DNA of 63,888 nt, counting the filler, from Collodictyon triciliatum (lineage: Eukaryota): NCBI GenBank assembly GCA_043381765.1. It is 6 parts of 6 records of this genome, joined end to end, with 100 filler letters (N's around TTAATTAATTAA, not from the genome) between each part and the next. Parts side by side here need not be neighbours in the genome. Positions count along the whole stretch, not along the records: positions 1 to 12,220 come from JBHJMP010002218.1; positions 12,321 to 24,530 come from JBHJMP010002219.1; 4 more parts are not named here. One strand, written 5' to 3'. A model generated the notes under the pieces. That model did no database searches and had not been told where the DNA came from. It saw only the letters and a list, made by a program, of their open reading frames with translations. The position numbers were made by a program, and so were the translations under genes. Each line of letters opens with the position of its first letter. The stretch's first letter is position 1. This document shows positions 1 to 16,600 of the stretch, one piece after another.

Positions 1-106
1 AAAGAAAAAGAAAAAGAAAAAGAAAAAGAAAAAGAAAAAGAAAAAGAAAAAGAAAAAGAAAAAGAAAAAGAAAAAGAAAAAGAAAAAGAAAAAGGAAAAA
101 GAAAAA
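1..106. repeat. (GAAAAA)n microsatellite at window start
   Basis: Direct reading of tandem hexamer. Confidence 0.95.
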
Positions 107-631
107 ATTGTACTTTATATTTAATCACTGAAGGAGCGATGGGCAATATGGCCAGTGGATAAGAGAAGCCCAGCCGATCATTATCCGTGATCCCAGGTCA
201 GAAGAATCGAGAAGGAAAAAAAAATAATTGTAAGGACGTTCGCCTGTGGTTTTTGTTGCTTTTGGTTCTGTTTTGGAGACAGGATGATATTTCGTAGAAA
301 GTAAGCATAATTGGAATTTATGTCACACCAGGTAGATATCCCAGATTAAATCTTAAATTTGGACATAAATATAAAAAACAGAACAAAATACACGATTCAG
401 ACATATATATTTAAAACACATTCAAAACATGATCAAAAACAGAATCAAAAAGAAGAAACTAAACTGCCACTATTTCTTTCAAGAACTACAAAGCGAGGAG
501 CAATCACTAAACGGCGTACCCACTCTGGATACGACGGATTATGAGTCAATCCCTCTTTTCATAAGGATCGAACTCATACTGCAAACCGTCGCTTTTTTTT
601 TTTTACATATACCAGGAGCAGGCAAGGAAGG

Positions 632-2181
632 ATGATTGACTGGCGTTCGGTCCTACTTGTCGCCGTGGTTGCATCTGTCCTTGTTGTCATGGCAGGACAA
701 CCAGAGATAAAGGTTAGGCCTTTTGCCATAGTTACGACGAGAAAATTCAAGCTTTTATTTCCATATTCATCAGCCAATATCATTTTTTATGAAGCTGTCT
801 TCCGCAATTTACCACCCTCCCCTCTTATTGACTTAAAAACATACTCATATTTACTGGGAATATTTAATACCAAGCCATTAGCCTTACAAACAATCCAATC
901 CAACAAATGAGTTGTATTTTCCCCAACTAAAATTGCATTGTTCTGAGATAGAAAGGCCCAGTGATTACTCATAAGGTTTATTTCGATATCAGTAAGAACT
1001 AATTAACCTTCACCAATAAATCATTTGGGGCATATCGAATTACACACATGTATATCATAAAATTGATCAAGATGTAGTAATGTACAAAATGATTTGTATT
1101 TATATTTTTTGATTGAAGCCATTGGCGGAGAGCCCGCTGGTAGAATTGTTATGGGCTTGGTATTTTCTCAATTACCAAGCTATAATTCCAACCATCCAAC
1201 CCTACACATATTAGACATGACACCATGTTATTAGCTTATCAAACCAGATTGCAACGCTTACTTTCATGATGTCCTATATAGTATGGTAACGTCGTGCCAA
1301 AGACTGCGGAGAATTTTAGGGCACTCTGCACAGGTGAAAAGGGATATGGCTACAAAAGTTCAAAGTATCTACTTGTTTTCTTAATCGACCGATTTTCTGT
1401 GATTTGTTAATAATTTCATTATTCTTTTTATTTAAAAACAATCAATCAGACTAACAACCTCCCACCTAGATTCCATCGGACCATATACAATTTCATGATT
1501 CAAGGAGGAGACTTCACTAACGGTGATGGTACTGGTGGGCACAGTATTTATGGTGGGCAGTTTGAGGATGAAAACTTCAAGCTTCGCCACAGCGGACCTG
1601 GTTTCTTTTTTAAAATGACTTTATTGTACCTCTAGTTTCATCAAGTGTACTGTGTGAAAAAACACATTCACAGATAATGTTCTCTCATTTCTTTAGTAAA
1701 GGGAACTCCTTCTTCTTTTCTTCATCAACTTTTTTTTGAGTCATTCCCACATTTTAGTGTTATTGACTGCGCGCACTACCCGATTACTAATCCACCCATC
1801 GTGTGTGTATTTTGTAAAGGTCTTCTCTCGATGGCAAACTCAGGGCAAGATACCAACGGCAGCCAATTCTTTATTACAACAGTCAAGACTTCTTGGTAGG
1901 AATTCTCTGACGAATGAAATTATTTGACCGACATAAGTTCATGGCTTTGTATTTCCCTCTCAGTACCTACAAACCAACTCCATACGAATAAATAAGTGAA
2001 TTAATTAATTAATAGGCTGAATGATCGACATGTGGTATTCGGAAAGGTCATGGAAGGAATGAGTGTCGTTAAAGCCATCGAGGCACAAAACACGGGAGAG
2101 CACGACCGCCCGCTCAAGGATGTGGTCATCGCCAACTCCGGCGAGATTCTCCCAAGCACCGAGGAAGCCAAGGACAACTAA
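632..2181 (+). CDS. PPIB: ER-type cyclophilin (peptidyl-prolyl cis-trans isomerase B-like), 7 exons
   Basis: GT-AG splicing gives signal peptide [21 protein letters not shown], then [91 protein letters not shown] at 2179-2181. Confidence 0.95.
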
Positions 2182-2417
2182 AATGCACCTCCTCCCTCTT
2201 CCAACGAATACATCCAATTATGGACTTCCTACATTCAAACCCACAATCGTTTTTTCAATGCAAAAGCCTCGGCGAAGCTTCTCACTGGATTCAGCGAAAG
2301 ATCCACGAATCCAACTTTTCTATCCTGCCACTGGCTTCTATCATCCCAGCAGGTGCTCATAAGAGCGTATTCTCGGGTTGTCTGAGTGCAGAGACAGGCA
2401 AGGAGGAGAGGGGCAGT

Positions 2418-2684
2418 GGTAGTGATCACTGGGGAATCGGTTGTTGTGCACGGAAAAATCGCCGTCATTTGTAAAAGGGAGGAGATGAGCGAGCTGAACC
2501 ACCCAGTGATGGGGGCACTCTCACAAGTTTGGAACAACCTTCTCTGCGGTCAAAGCTCGTCGTAGCCAGCAAGTGCTGTGTCGGTGTGTTTGTAGGGAAG
2601 GGATTATAACGCTGGCAGTCGGTTTCGGGAGATCACTGACCAAGGAATTTAAGAAAGACTTTCCGCTTGGTTGTTTTTTTTTTT
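2418..2684 (+). ncRNA. candidate structured RNA (unidentified; could be a structured UTR)
   Basis: 2418-2446 can pair with 2613-2641 (long helix with many G-U pairs); inner helix GAUGA(G)CGAGCU/AGCUCGUCGU; CCCA-GUGA-UGGG GNRA hairpin; terminal hairpin then T-run at 2674-2684. Confidence 0.25.
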
Positions 2685-2797
2685 CCTTCTTTTTTCCTCA
2701 CCATTGAAGGCCCCTAAGGCAGAAGAAGGAGAAATACCAAGAACCGTCTGTTTTGCAGCTCTTGAGGAAACGGCAAGACTGTAATACAGCAAACAGC

Positions 2798-7850
<5,053 letters not shown>

Positions 7851-9224
7851 AGGCAAACTCCTCTACTGCATCGGCCTCCTCACCCATCTTCATCCTTATT
7901 TTAATCATTATCACACCCACACTCCACGTCCTTCTTTTAATTCCTCCCTCTTGGTTTGTGTACCTCATCCAACTCTGTAATGAGGCGGCCAGCTTATGTT
8001 TCCGCTTCCTTTGTGTTTGTATCCGTTGCTCTGTGCAAAATCTGTGTGCGGCCTACGAAGATTGGCCATTCGGACGCCCTCGGCCAGGCGTGATTCGTGA
8101 TTGTTCTGCGGATGCACTGCGCCCGAAAGTGTGGGTGTGGGTGTGGGTGTGGGTGTGTCTTAGTCTTCCGCTAGTGCGCGAGGAAGAGAGAATCTGTGTG
8201 TAGAAATATGTGGATCTGTGCAGAAGACCTCTGGCCAAAAAAGAGGCGGAACTTGGCTGCTCGAATAAAGTGATGTTACTATTTAACACGGGTCTTTGGA
8301 GGCACACACGAACGCGTCTTGTTCTGTGCTTGGTTTGTCCGTCTGGTTTGCCTGCTTGCCTTGCTGTCTGCCCTGGCGCGTGGATGCGTGCTTCATGGAA
8401 TATGTACAAATAAATATTTTATTTATTTCTGGAAAATATAGTAAAATAATTATATGTAATTAATAATGACCAATGAAATAAAAATAAGTCAATAGTATGT
8501 ACTTTGACAATATATTCATATCAAGAAATTGTTACAGAATCACGCTTCTTTTGAAGCCACAAAGCTTACGTCATAATAGAATGTTACGAGCCACGTACAA
8601 ACCACATACAATTTGTCTTATCTTCAAATCCACAACATTGAATCACATGTCACTCGACTTCCCGAATAGGATATTTTTTTATTAATTTTTTGGTCATCAT
8701 TTTTAAACCAGGGGATTTCTTTTGCGAAAACAACGCGTTCCCGATGAAGAAGGTGAATTCCCTAACAAATCATTATTTCAATTGCCCCTTTTTTCCAACA
8801 TAACTAGCGATTAGCCTCCATCCACCGCGCACGTGATAGAGTGGTTGGTTTAAATTTGTAGACCCGTTCGTTGGATATATGAAAGCCGCTCATCCAAACT
8901 GGCCGAAACCCTCCCTCTCATCGAAGCCGCCTTCGCGAAATCCTGTCACATAGACCACTTTTACAAGAGATATAGCCGCACCGCCTGGTCATCTAGCAAC
9001 ACAACATTCAACAACACCTCACAATTCCTGTTAGTCTGCTTCATCGCCAATCACTCACGATATCACATACGAATGCACACCTTTTCATAGAACGAAGACA
9101 TTCACACACACACATATCTCTTTCCTACCTTTGCCTATCTGACATAGATGGCACTAGAATACGGAGAAGCATTTTCTTTACCACGTCTTCATTTCTAGTT
9201 TGCTAGTATAGCACCTCCGCCTTG

Positions 9225-11426
9225 ATGTCATCTCTCGAGTCTGCTCCAAAGAAGCGCCTTCTGGCAGCTGAGACAGAGAACTCACGACGCTCCGTCGCTG
9301 GAATCATCCCGCTCCCTAATCCCCCGAAACATGAGTACTCTACGGACAATTTGAACCCGCACTACGATTACCCATGGGAGCCTAACATGCTTGACCAGCA
9401 ACCATCCTACAAGTTTCTCCATATGCGCGACTTTTTAAAGAAGCTTACTTTAAGCATCCCAGTCATAGCCGCTGCTGTCTACGCGCTCCAAAATATGACG
9501 GCTGTGGAAAAGGCCTTCTACATCTCACTTCTTTTAGAAAATCAGCAGGCTCTCCTTGCTGCTGCTGCCTTTGTATTCTTGGTCGTCTTTTACAAGTGGG
9601 CTTCGTCTGTGCCCTCTATATACCTACTTAACTTTTCTGTTCTCCATGGTGTTGGAGATAAGCACAAGGTTCCAAAGAAAGGGTTTATCGAGCACTCCAT
9701 TCATATCAATGCCTTCGAAAAAGAATCCCTTGACTTCCAGTTTCGCACATTGGATCGAAATGGTGTTGGGGAAGAGACCTACTTTCCCAAAGGTAAGTAT
9801 TTTTGAAACAAAGACTGCAACTACTTTCAAAGCGACACACCAATTGATTAATTCCAATATAAATCCACTTCAAAATGAATCTTTATTGATAAGTACTTTT
9901 TGTTCAGCTCTTACAGGTGCCGAAAAGAGTTTTGATATGGAGAGTGCACGAGACGAGGCTCGTGATGTGATGTTCCCTATTGTGAGAGATGCTTTGGAGC
10001 GATGTGGATTGAAACCCCAGGATATTGGGATATTAGTTGTCAACTGCAGCTTGTTCAACCCAACTCCATCTCTCAGTGCTATGGTTTTTCTTTGTATTCA
10101 GTCATCACAATTGATAATAATTTTATACACTGAATCCAAAATAACTACTATTTTAAAAATGACATACATCTTTCCAGATCATCAACGAGTTCAAAATGCA
10201 AAAGGACATATCCAGCTTCAATCTATCAGGAATGGGATGCAGTGCAGGCCTCATAGCTATTGCTCTGGCACGGGAACAGCTCCAGCTGAAGAGGAGGAAA
10301 TATGCCCTTGTGGTCAGCACTGAAAATATCACACAGAACTGGTACCTTGGGAATGATAAGGTTTTTTTAAAAAATAAATAAATAAATTATATGATAATAT
10401 GTGAAATTCTTTAAGAAGTAATCTGTAGCACCCATTCATGAGTTTTTTTTATATATAAATGTTTTTTTTTTGTTAAATTTCATGAAGGCCATGCTGCTCT
10501 CCAATACCCTTTTCCGTGTTGGGGGTGCCGCTATTGTGCTTTCAAACCACCATTTGGACCGTTACCGAGCTAAATATGAGTTGAAGGAACTTGTTCGCAT
10601 CCACATGGTTGGCTTTTATTGCAAGCATGGAAAAAAAGAAGATATTTATTTACTGAAAAAGTATGAATTAGTTGAAATACGATATAGGGGTGTGATAAAG
10701 AGTCATACGAATCTGTCTATCAGCTGGAGGATTGCAGTAATGTTCGAGGTGTCCGATTGAGCAAGGATTTAATGAAAGTAGCGGGACGTGGGATTCAAGA
10801 AAACATAACGAGAATGGGACCGTTGATACTGCCGTGGGATGAGAAAATAAAATTTGCACTTTCATTCATCAAGAAGAAGCTGACTGGCACAAGCAAGTTG
10901 TATACTCCCAACTTCAAGGTAATCAGTTCAGGATGTACAGAGCATAAAAGTCAAATACAGCATGTCTGTAAAGTATAAATAACCATAAATAAAATTACTC
11001 TATACAGAAAGCTGTGGACTACTTTTGCATTCATGCTGGTGGGCGAGCTGTAATTGACGCCATAGAAAAAGAACTTTCGTTGGACGACCATGATACTGAA
11101 CCATCTCGTGCCACTCTCTATCGCTTTGGAAACACATCATCTAGCTCCATTTGGTACGAGCTAAATTACATAGAGAAGCAATTCCAACCAAGAAAGGGCC
11201 AGAAAGTATGGCAGATTGCTTTTGGCAGCGGGTTCAAATGTAATAAACGATTCATCTTATATTGATATATGTTTTTCCTAAAAATTTATTCTTTTCCATT
11301 CAAATGCTGGCACAGTAATGGCTACGTTTTAAAAAAAACTATGTAAAATTTATCCTCATAGGCAACAGTGCTGTCTGGGAGGCTCTTCGAGATTACAAGT
11401 ATGTGCCCATGACATCCGAAAAATGA
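9225..11426 (+). CDS. FAE1/CUT1-type 3-ketoacyl-CoA synthase (very-long-chain fatty acid condensing enzyme)
   Basis: Two N-terminal hydrophobic segments; [28 protein letters not shown] (catalytic Cys), [34 protein letters not shown] (His), [16 protein letters not shown] (Asn), [19 protein letters not shown] 11424-11426. Confidence 0.95.
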
Positions 11427-11984
11427 TGCATTGGCCCATATGTGTGAAAATGTGCGCCTTACTGAGGTAAACAATACTTTTGGAAGAGTGCCTTGTCATC
11501 CTTCTCTTTGTTTCTCCTTGAGTTTCTGCGCACCAGAGGATGAAATCCCCTCACCTTTTCCTCTGCCGTTCAACCTCAGTCTACAAATAAAATTAAAGAA
11601 AAAGATCAATTAAATACCTCTTGGTTAAGTTAAAGTCTTCACCGAATGATTCGACCTCAAGCATCCCCCACTTTTACTCTCTCGCGAAGCAGCTTTTTAT
11701 TCATTCAGTTTGCGCAATATGGCGGAGGTTTCGGGCACTTTTTTTGCCAGACTTCGTTTGCATAGACGTTGATTGGGGCTCATACAGCAACATACATAGT
11801 TGCTTCTTGATTTTAAAATATTTATTCTTGTTTTTAATCTTTAAACAGTTATTTGCCAAGACGGACATACATCACTAATGAACATAAGAATGCGAAATAA
11901 ACTGCAGTTTAGGAAGCTCTTATATGGTAAATCTAAATGAACTAATGGTTTTAATGCTGTTATATGTCTTTCAGTCTTCTTAAT

Positions 11985-12220
11985 TTTCTTCTTTCTCTTC
12001 TTCTTTCTCTTCTTCTTTTTCTTCTTCTTTTTCTTCTTCTTTTTCTTCTTCTTTTTCTTCTTCTTTTTCTTCTTCTTTTCCTTCTTCTTTTCCTTCTTCT
12101 TTTCCTTCTTCTTTTCCTTCTTCTTTTTCTTCTTCTTTTTCTTCTTCTTTTTCTTCTTCTTTTTCTTCTTCTTTTTCTTCTTCTTTTTCTTCTTCTTTTT
12201 CTTCTTCTTCTTCTTCTTCT
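11985..12220. repeat. (CTTCTTCTTTTT)n microsatellite at scaffold end
   Basis: Direct reading. Confidence 0.92.
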
Positions 12221-12320
12221 NNNNNNNNNNNNNNNNNNNNNNNNNNNNNNNNNNNNNNNNNNNNTTAATTAATTAANNNNNNNNNNNNNNNNNNNNNNNN
12301 NNNNNNNNNNNNNNNNNNNN
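12221..12320. other. artificial scaffold-joining spacer
   Basis: N44-TTAATTAATTAA-N44 (stops in all six frames). Confidence 0.95.
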
Positions 12321-12437
12321 AAAAGAAAAAAGAAAAAAGAAAAAAGAAAAAAGAAAAAAGAAAAAAGAAAAAAGAAAAAAGAAAAAAGAAAAAAGAAAAA
12401 AGAAAAAAGAAAAAAGAATCATAGCAATGAAACAAAC

Positions 12438-12899
12438 CTTGACTTTCCTCCATTCGTTGCGTATGTTTTCTAGGGTATTCTTCCGTAGATTCGCCTTTTG
12501 CATGTCCATCTTCATCATCATCGCCAGACCCATATTTATAACTGGAAAATCGTTCGTTGGTTTGGAACTTAACGTGTCTGTCCGGCACTCGACTTTGATT
12601 GCTCTTTGAAACAGAGACGATGTATAATCGATTAGAATTTTTTTCGTAAAAATTCATCTTTATGAATCTTTATTCAAAGAACGACTATAGGTAGCTAGTA
12701 TAGCAAGTAATTGGAAAAGGAGCGGAATTGATATCGTCGCGCAAGAGAAGCACAACTCAAGTCAATCCCATGGTGATTTTTCGAATCCAGTCGAAAGTAT
12801 TTTGATAAAATAAATAACCTTTTTGTGTATAACATTTAGCATTTTCTTGGAACTCCAAACTTGGTGGTGCTCGTCGTAGATTCGGAAAATAGTCTGAGC
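12438..12899 (-). CDS. exon fragments of an unidentified gene
   Basis: Open frames AQTIFRIYDEHHQVWSSKKMLNVIHKK|gt and MNFYEKNSNRLY...GSGDDDEDG...EESQ|gt; no recognisable REV3 motif. Confidence 0.35.
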
Positions 12900-13646
12900 N
12901 NNNNNNNNNNNNNNNNNNNNNNNNNNNNNNNNNNNNNNNNNNNNNNNNNNNNNNNNNNNNNNNNNNNNNNNNNNNNNNNNNNNNNNNNNNNNNNNNNNNN
13001 NNNNNNNNNNNNNNNNNNNNNNNNNNNNNNNNNNNNNNNNNNNNNNNNNNNNNNNNNNNNNNNNNNNNNNNNNNNNNNNNNNNNNNNNNNNNNNNNNNNN
13101 NNNNNNNNNNNNNNNNNNNNNNNNNNNNNNNNNNNNNNNNNNNNNNNNNNNNNNNNNNNNNNNNNNNNNNNNNNNNNNNNNNNNNNNNNNNNNNNNNNNN
13201 NNNNNNNNNNNNNNNNNNNNNNNNNNNNNNNNNNNNNNNNNNNNNNNNNNNNNNNNNNNNNNNNNNNNNNNNNNNNNNNNNNNNNNNNNNNNNNNNNNNN
13301 NNNNNNNNNNNNNNNNNNNNNNNNNNNNNNNNNNNNNNNNNNNNNNNNNNNNNNNNNNNNNNNNNNNNNNNNNNNNNNNNNNNNNNNNNNNNNNNNNNNN
13401 NNNNNNNNNNNNNNNNNNNNNNNNNNNNNNNNNNNNNNNNNNNNNNNNNNNNNNNNNNNNNNNNNNNNNNNNNNNNNNNNNNNNNNNNNNNNNNNNNNNN
13501 NNNNNNNNNNNNNNNNNNNNNNNNNNNNNNNNNNNNNNNNNNNNNNNNNNNNNNNNNNNNNNNNNNNNNNNNNNNNNNNNNNNNNNNNNNNNNNNNNNNN
13601 NNNNNNNNNNNNNNNNNNNNNNNNNNNNNNNNNNNNNNNNNNNNNN

Positions 13647-16600
13647 ATTAGCATCCTATGTTCTGATTTTACTAATCTCCAAACGTTTAGGATTACCCGG
13701 CCAGTAACATGAATTCCAGACGTTTTTCGCAATCCCCATTCATCTGATCTATTTTCATACCTGCATGAAACAACTGTTTTAAATATATATTCAAGTAAAG
13801 AAATATCATTCCACAAATAAAAACATGAACGTCATGCCGAATTAGTCATTTGTTTATTTCACAACTTTGCTGATGTGCTCGTGACTCTCCCAAGTTTTGA
13901 CATTATGCACGCATCGATTACTGAAGCTCTTTCAATAATGTAACCCAAAGATTCGTTTTGAATTTCGTAACCAATTAGCATATCTGGGTCACAAATTTTT
14001 ACGATATTAACAAATTCTGAAATCAGCTTGAACTCATCCCCACAAATTTGCATCCAAGTTATCTATTAATCAATAAGGTATCATATGTTTAATATATAAA
14101 GGTTAAACAGACACACCACAAAGCACCATTTACGAATAAAATGTAAAAATCAATTGTTGATTTTTCAACAAACAAACAAAAAAAAATAGTGGTTAATTAA
14201 TATACGAAATGAAAGGGAAACCCATACATTCTCTACAGCCAGCTTTTGTTCCTGAGAAGATAAAAGCAATAAGCCAAATTTATCTGTGGTTGAAAATTGC
14301 GGAGAACTAGGAGTTTTTTGATTTTGCAAATCCCTATCATCACTATTTCGTATAGAGAATAAGATAAAATCAATTGCATCCTTTTTCGGATCTGGTTTTA
14401 GTCCTGGTCTGCATCGCGCAAAACACTCTACCACAAGGAGTTTGAGATTTTGTCTAGTGCTCACAATAGCATTCTAATTGTTGGGGAGGGGCAGTTAGTT
14501 GGTATAACCAATCAATGGTATTAACATCAGGCTCGAAATATTGATCAGAACCCAAGACTTACATCACGAAGCAGAAGGGTTTCCTTTAACGCCCGAGGGG
14601 ATTTCGAGGGATGGGATGGTCCATCGATTCCAGATTGATTTGTTGGGTGCATCGAACCAATAAATGGCGAGTAAGGTCGAGTATCTACTCTCTCTGAGCT
14701 GATAGGTTTGGTTGGGGTTTTGAATATCGGATTACCATTCATCTTCTCAAGAGGTTGGATTTCTGTAGGTTTCCTCGAGTCTATGATATGGTTTGATTTC
14801 TCAAGTTCGGCCGTAATGCACTTGGTGCCAACTCTCCATGACGCTATATAAATTTTATTCTGGGATAGCCATTTTTCGACAGCAGAGATATTGGGAGGGG
14901 ATTTTGTGTAAACGTAATCGTACGTAGACTCTGACTTCATGGGCCATTGGTTGATGGCGAAGCGGCTTTCGAATGGTTTTAGCGAATCCTTCCCAGAGAA
15001 TGGGTTATGAAACTCTCTAAATGCGAATGTTAATGGTTTATTGGGAACATCCTTTTTCTTGCTATAGTGTGGCTCGGTATATAGAACATGGAGTTGATTC
15101 TCCGTTTTGAGTTTTTCCAATATATCGTGAACTGTTGGTGGCTCAATCTTGTAAACGAATGTGTGAGATTGTTTGGGCGCTGCATATGATTGGGAGAGTG
15201 GAGAGCTTTCTGCTATCGAGCCATTTTGGTGAATTTTTCGAAATGAGAAAACTGGGGGAGAATATATCGATTCACTTGTCTGGCTTGATGACCTCTCTGG
15301 CGTCTTTTGAACCTAATGAAACCAGCAAAAAAATAAAATAAATTATTTTCAAAACATATAAAGTAATGACATGATCGAACAAGTTTTTTTCATTGAAAAA
15401 AATGCATATGTGTATCCCCTAAAATAGAGAAACAAACTAATCGTCATACTTGACCAACTTTTGATGGTGAACATACATGGTTGCTGATTATCGACGTGGT
15501 TTGTAATACATTTTTTTTTGGAAGATGTTTGCATTTAGGCTTTATGTCTATTGGCTTTATTGTTGCCACTGCTGTGCTTTTTCCATTTAGAGTAACAAAA
15601 CCCTTTGTTGACATAGATGAAGCAATAGGTCTGAGTTTTTCTTGGGAGTTTGATTGTTCATGGGTTTGTTGCTCACTTTGATTTTCAAAAAAGGTTGACT
15701 CTATGTCATCAATAATATCACCTCTATTTTGGTCTATACTACCAAAACTTTGTATTGATTCATCAAGAGATACCTATCACCATAATTAAAAACTGAACCA
15801 AGTCCACTCTTTTATATCAAAATTAGAGATTCTATCTAGCGACGCAATACATGGAAGAAAAAGAAAAAAGAAAAGTAAAAGGAAAACAAAAACAAAAACA
15901 AAAACAAAAACAAAAACAAAAACAAAAACAAAAACAAAAACAAAAACAAAAACAAAAACAAAAACAAAAACAAAAACAAAAACAAAAAAGGGATCTTCAT
16001 TCAAGAACCAATGAAACTTATATTTGATGATACAAACCTTTTTGGAAAGTACACCATGATCTGTCGTTTTTTTTTCTGTCCTATTTCGGGACTGAGGCTT
16101 GCCGTCATCATAAAAAAGACTGCAATATCCTTTTCTTTTTTGTCCTTTCCTTGGATCATTCTCTGAAAGCTATACAATACTTTTTTTCTAGAATGACAAT
16201 TGTCGAACGTAATATCACGGTCTAAAATTTCTTAAAGTCGTTTGAATAATAAGATCTGCTTAACTTACTTTTGTTGGATTATTTTGATTTGAATTTACTG
16301 ATGTTGGGTTCAACGACTTTTTCAATTTTTCATGTTTTCTGGATCTAGCTCACAAAAAATGACACAAATTGGGCCAAAAAAAAAATTCAGTTTATGTATC
16401 GCAGAAAAATTGATAAGTTATCTTTGATGGCAGTAAGTTGAATTCTGATGATGATTCGTTTCTTTCGTCGCATTTCAAGGATAAAAAAAAGTGTATCTTT
16501 TACTCACTGAATTCTATCAGGAATATCATCAGGCCCATCACATTGAGGAATAAATTTGAACTTGTCATCGTCTTCATTACCGGGTTCTCTTAAAATAATT

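Noticed and set aside
2452-2608. RNase P/MRP, U3 or SRP identity for the structured segment
   Set aside because: P4 pairing is poor, C/D boxes are non-canonical and the SRP helix-8 motif is absent.
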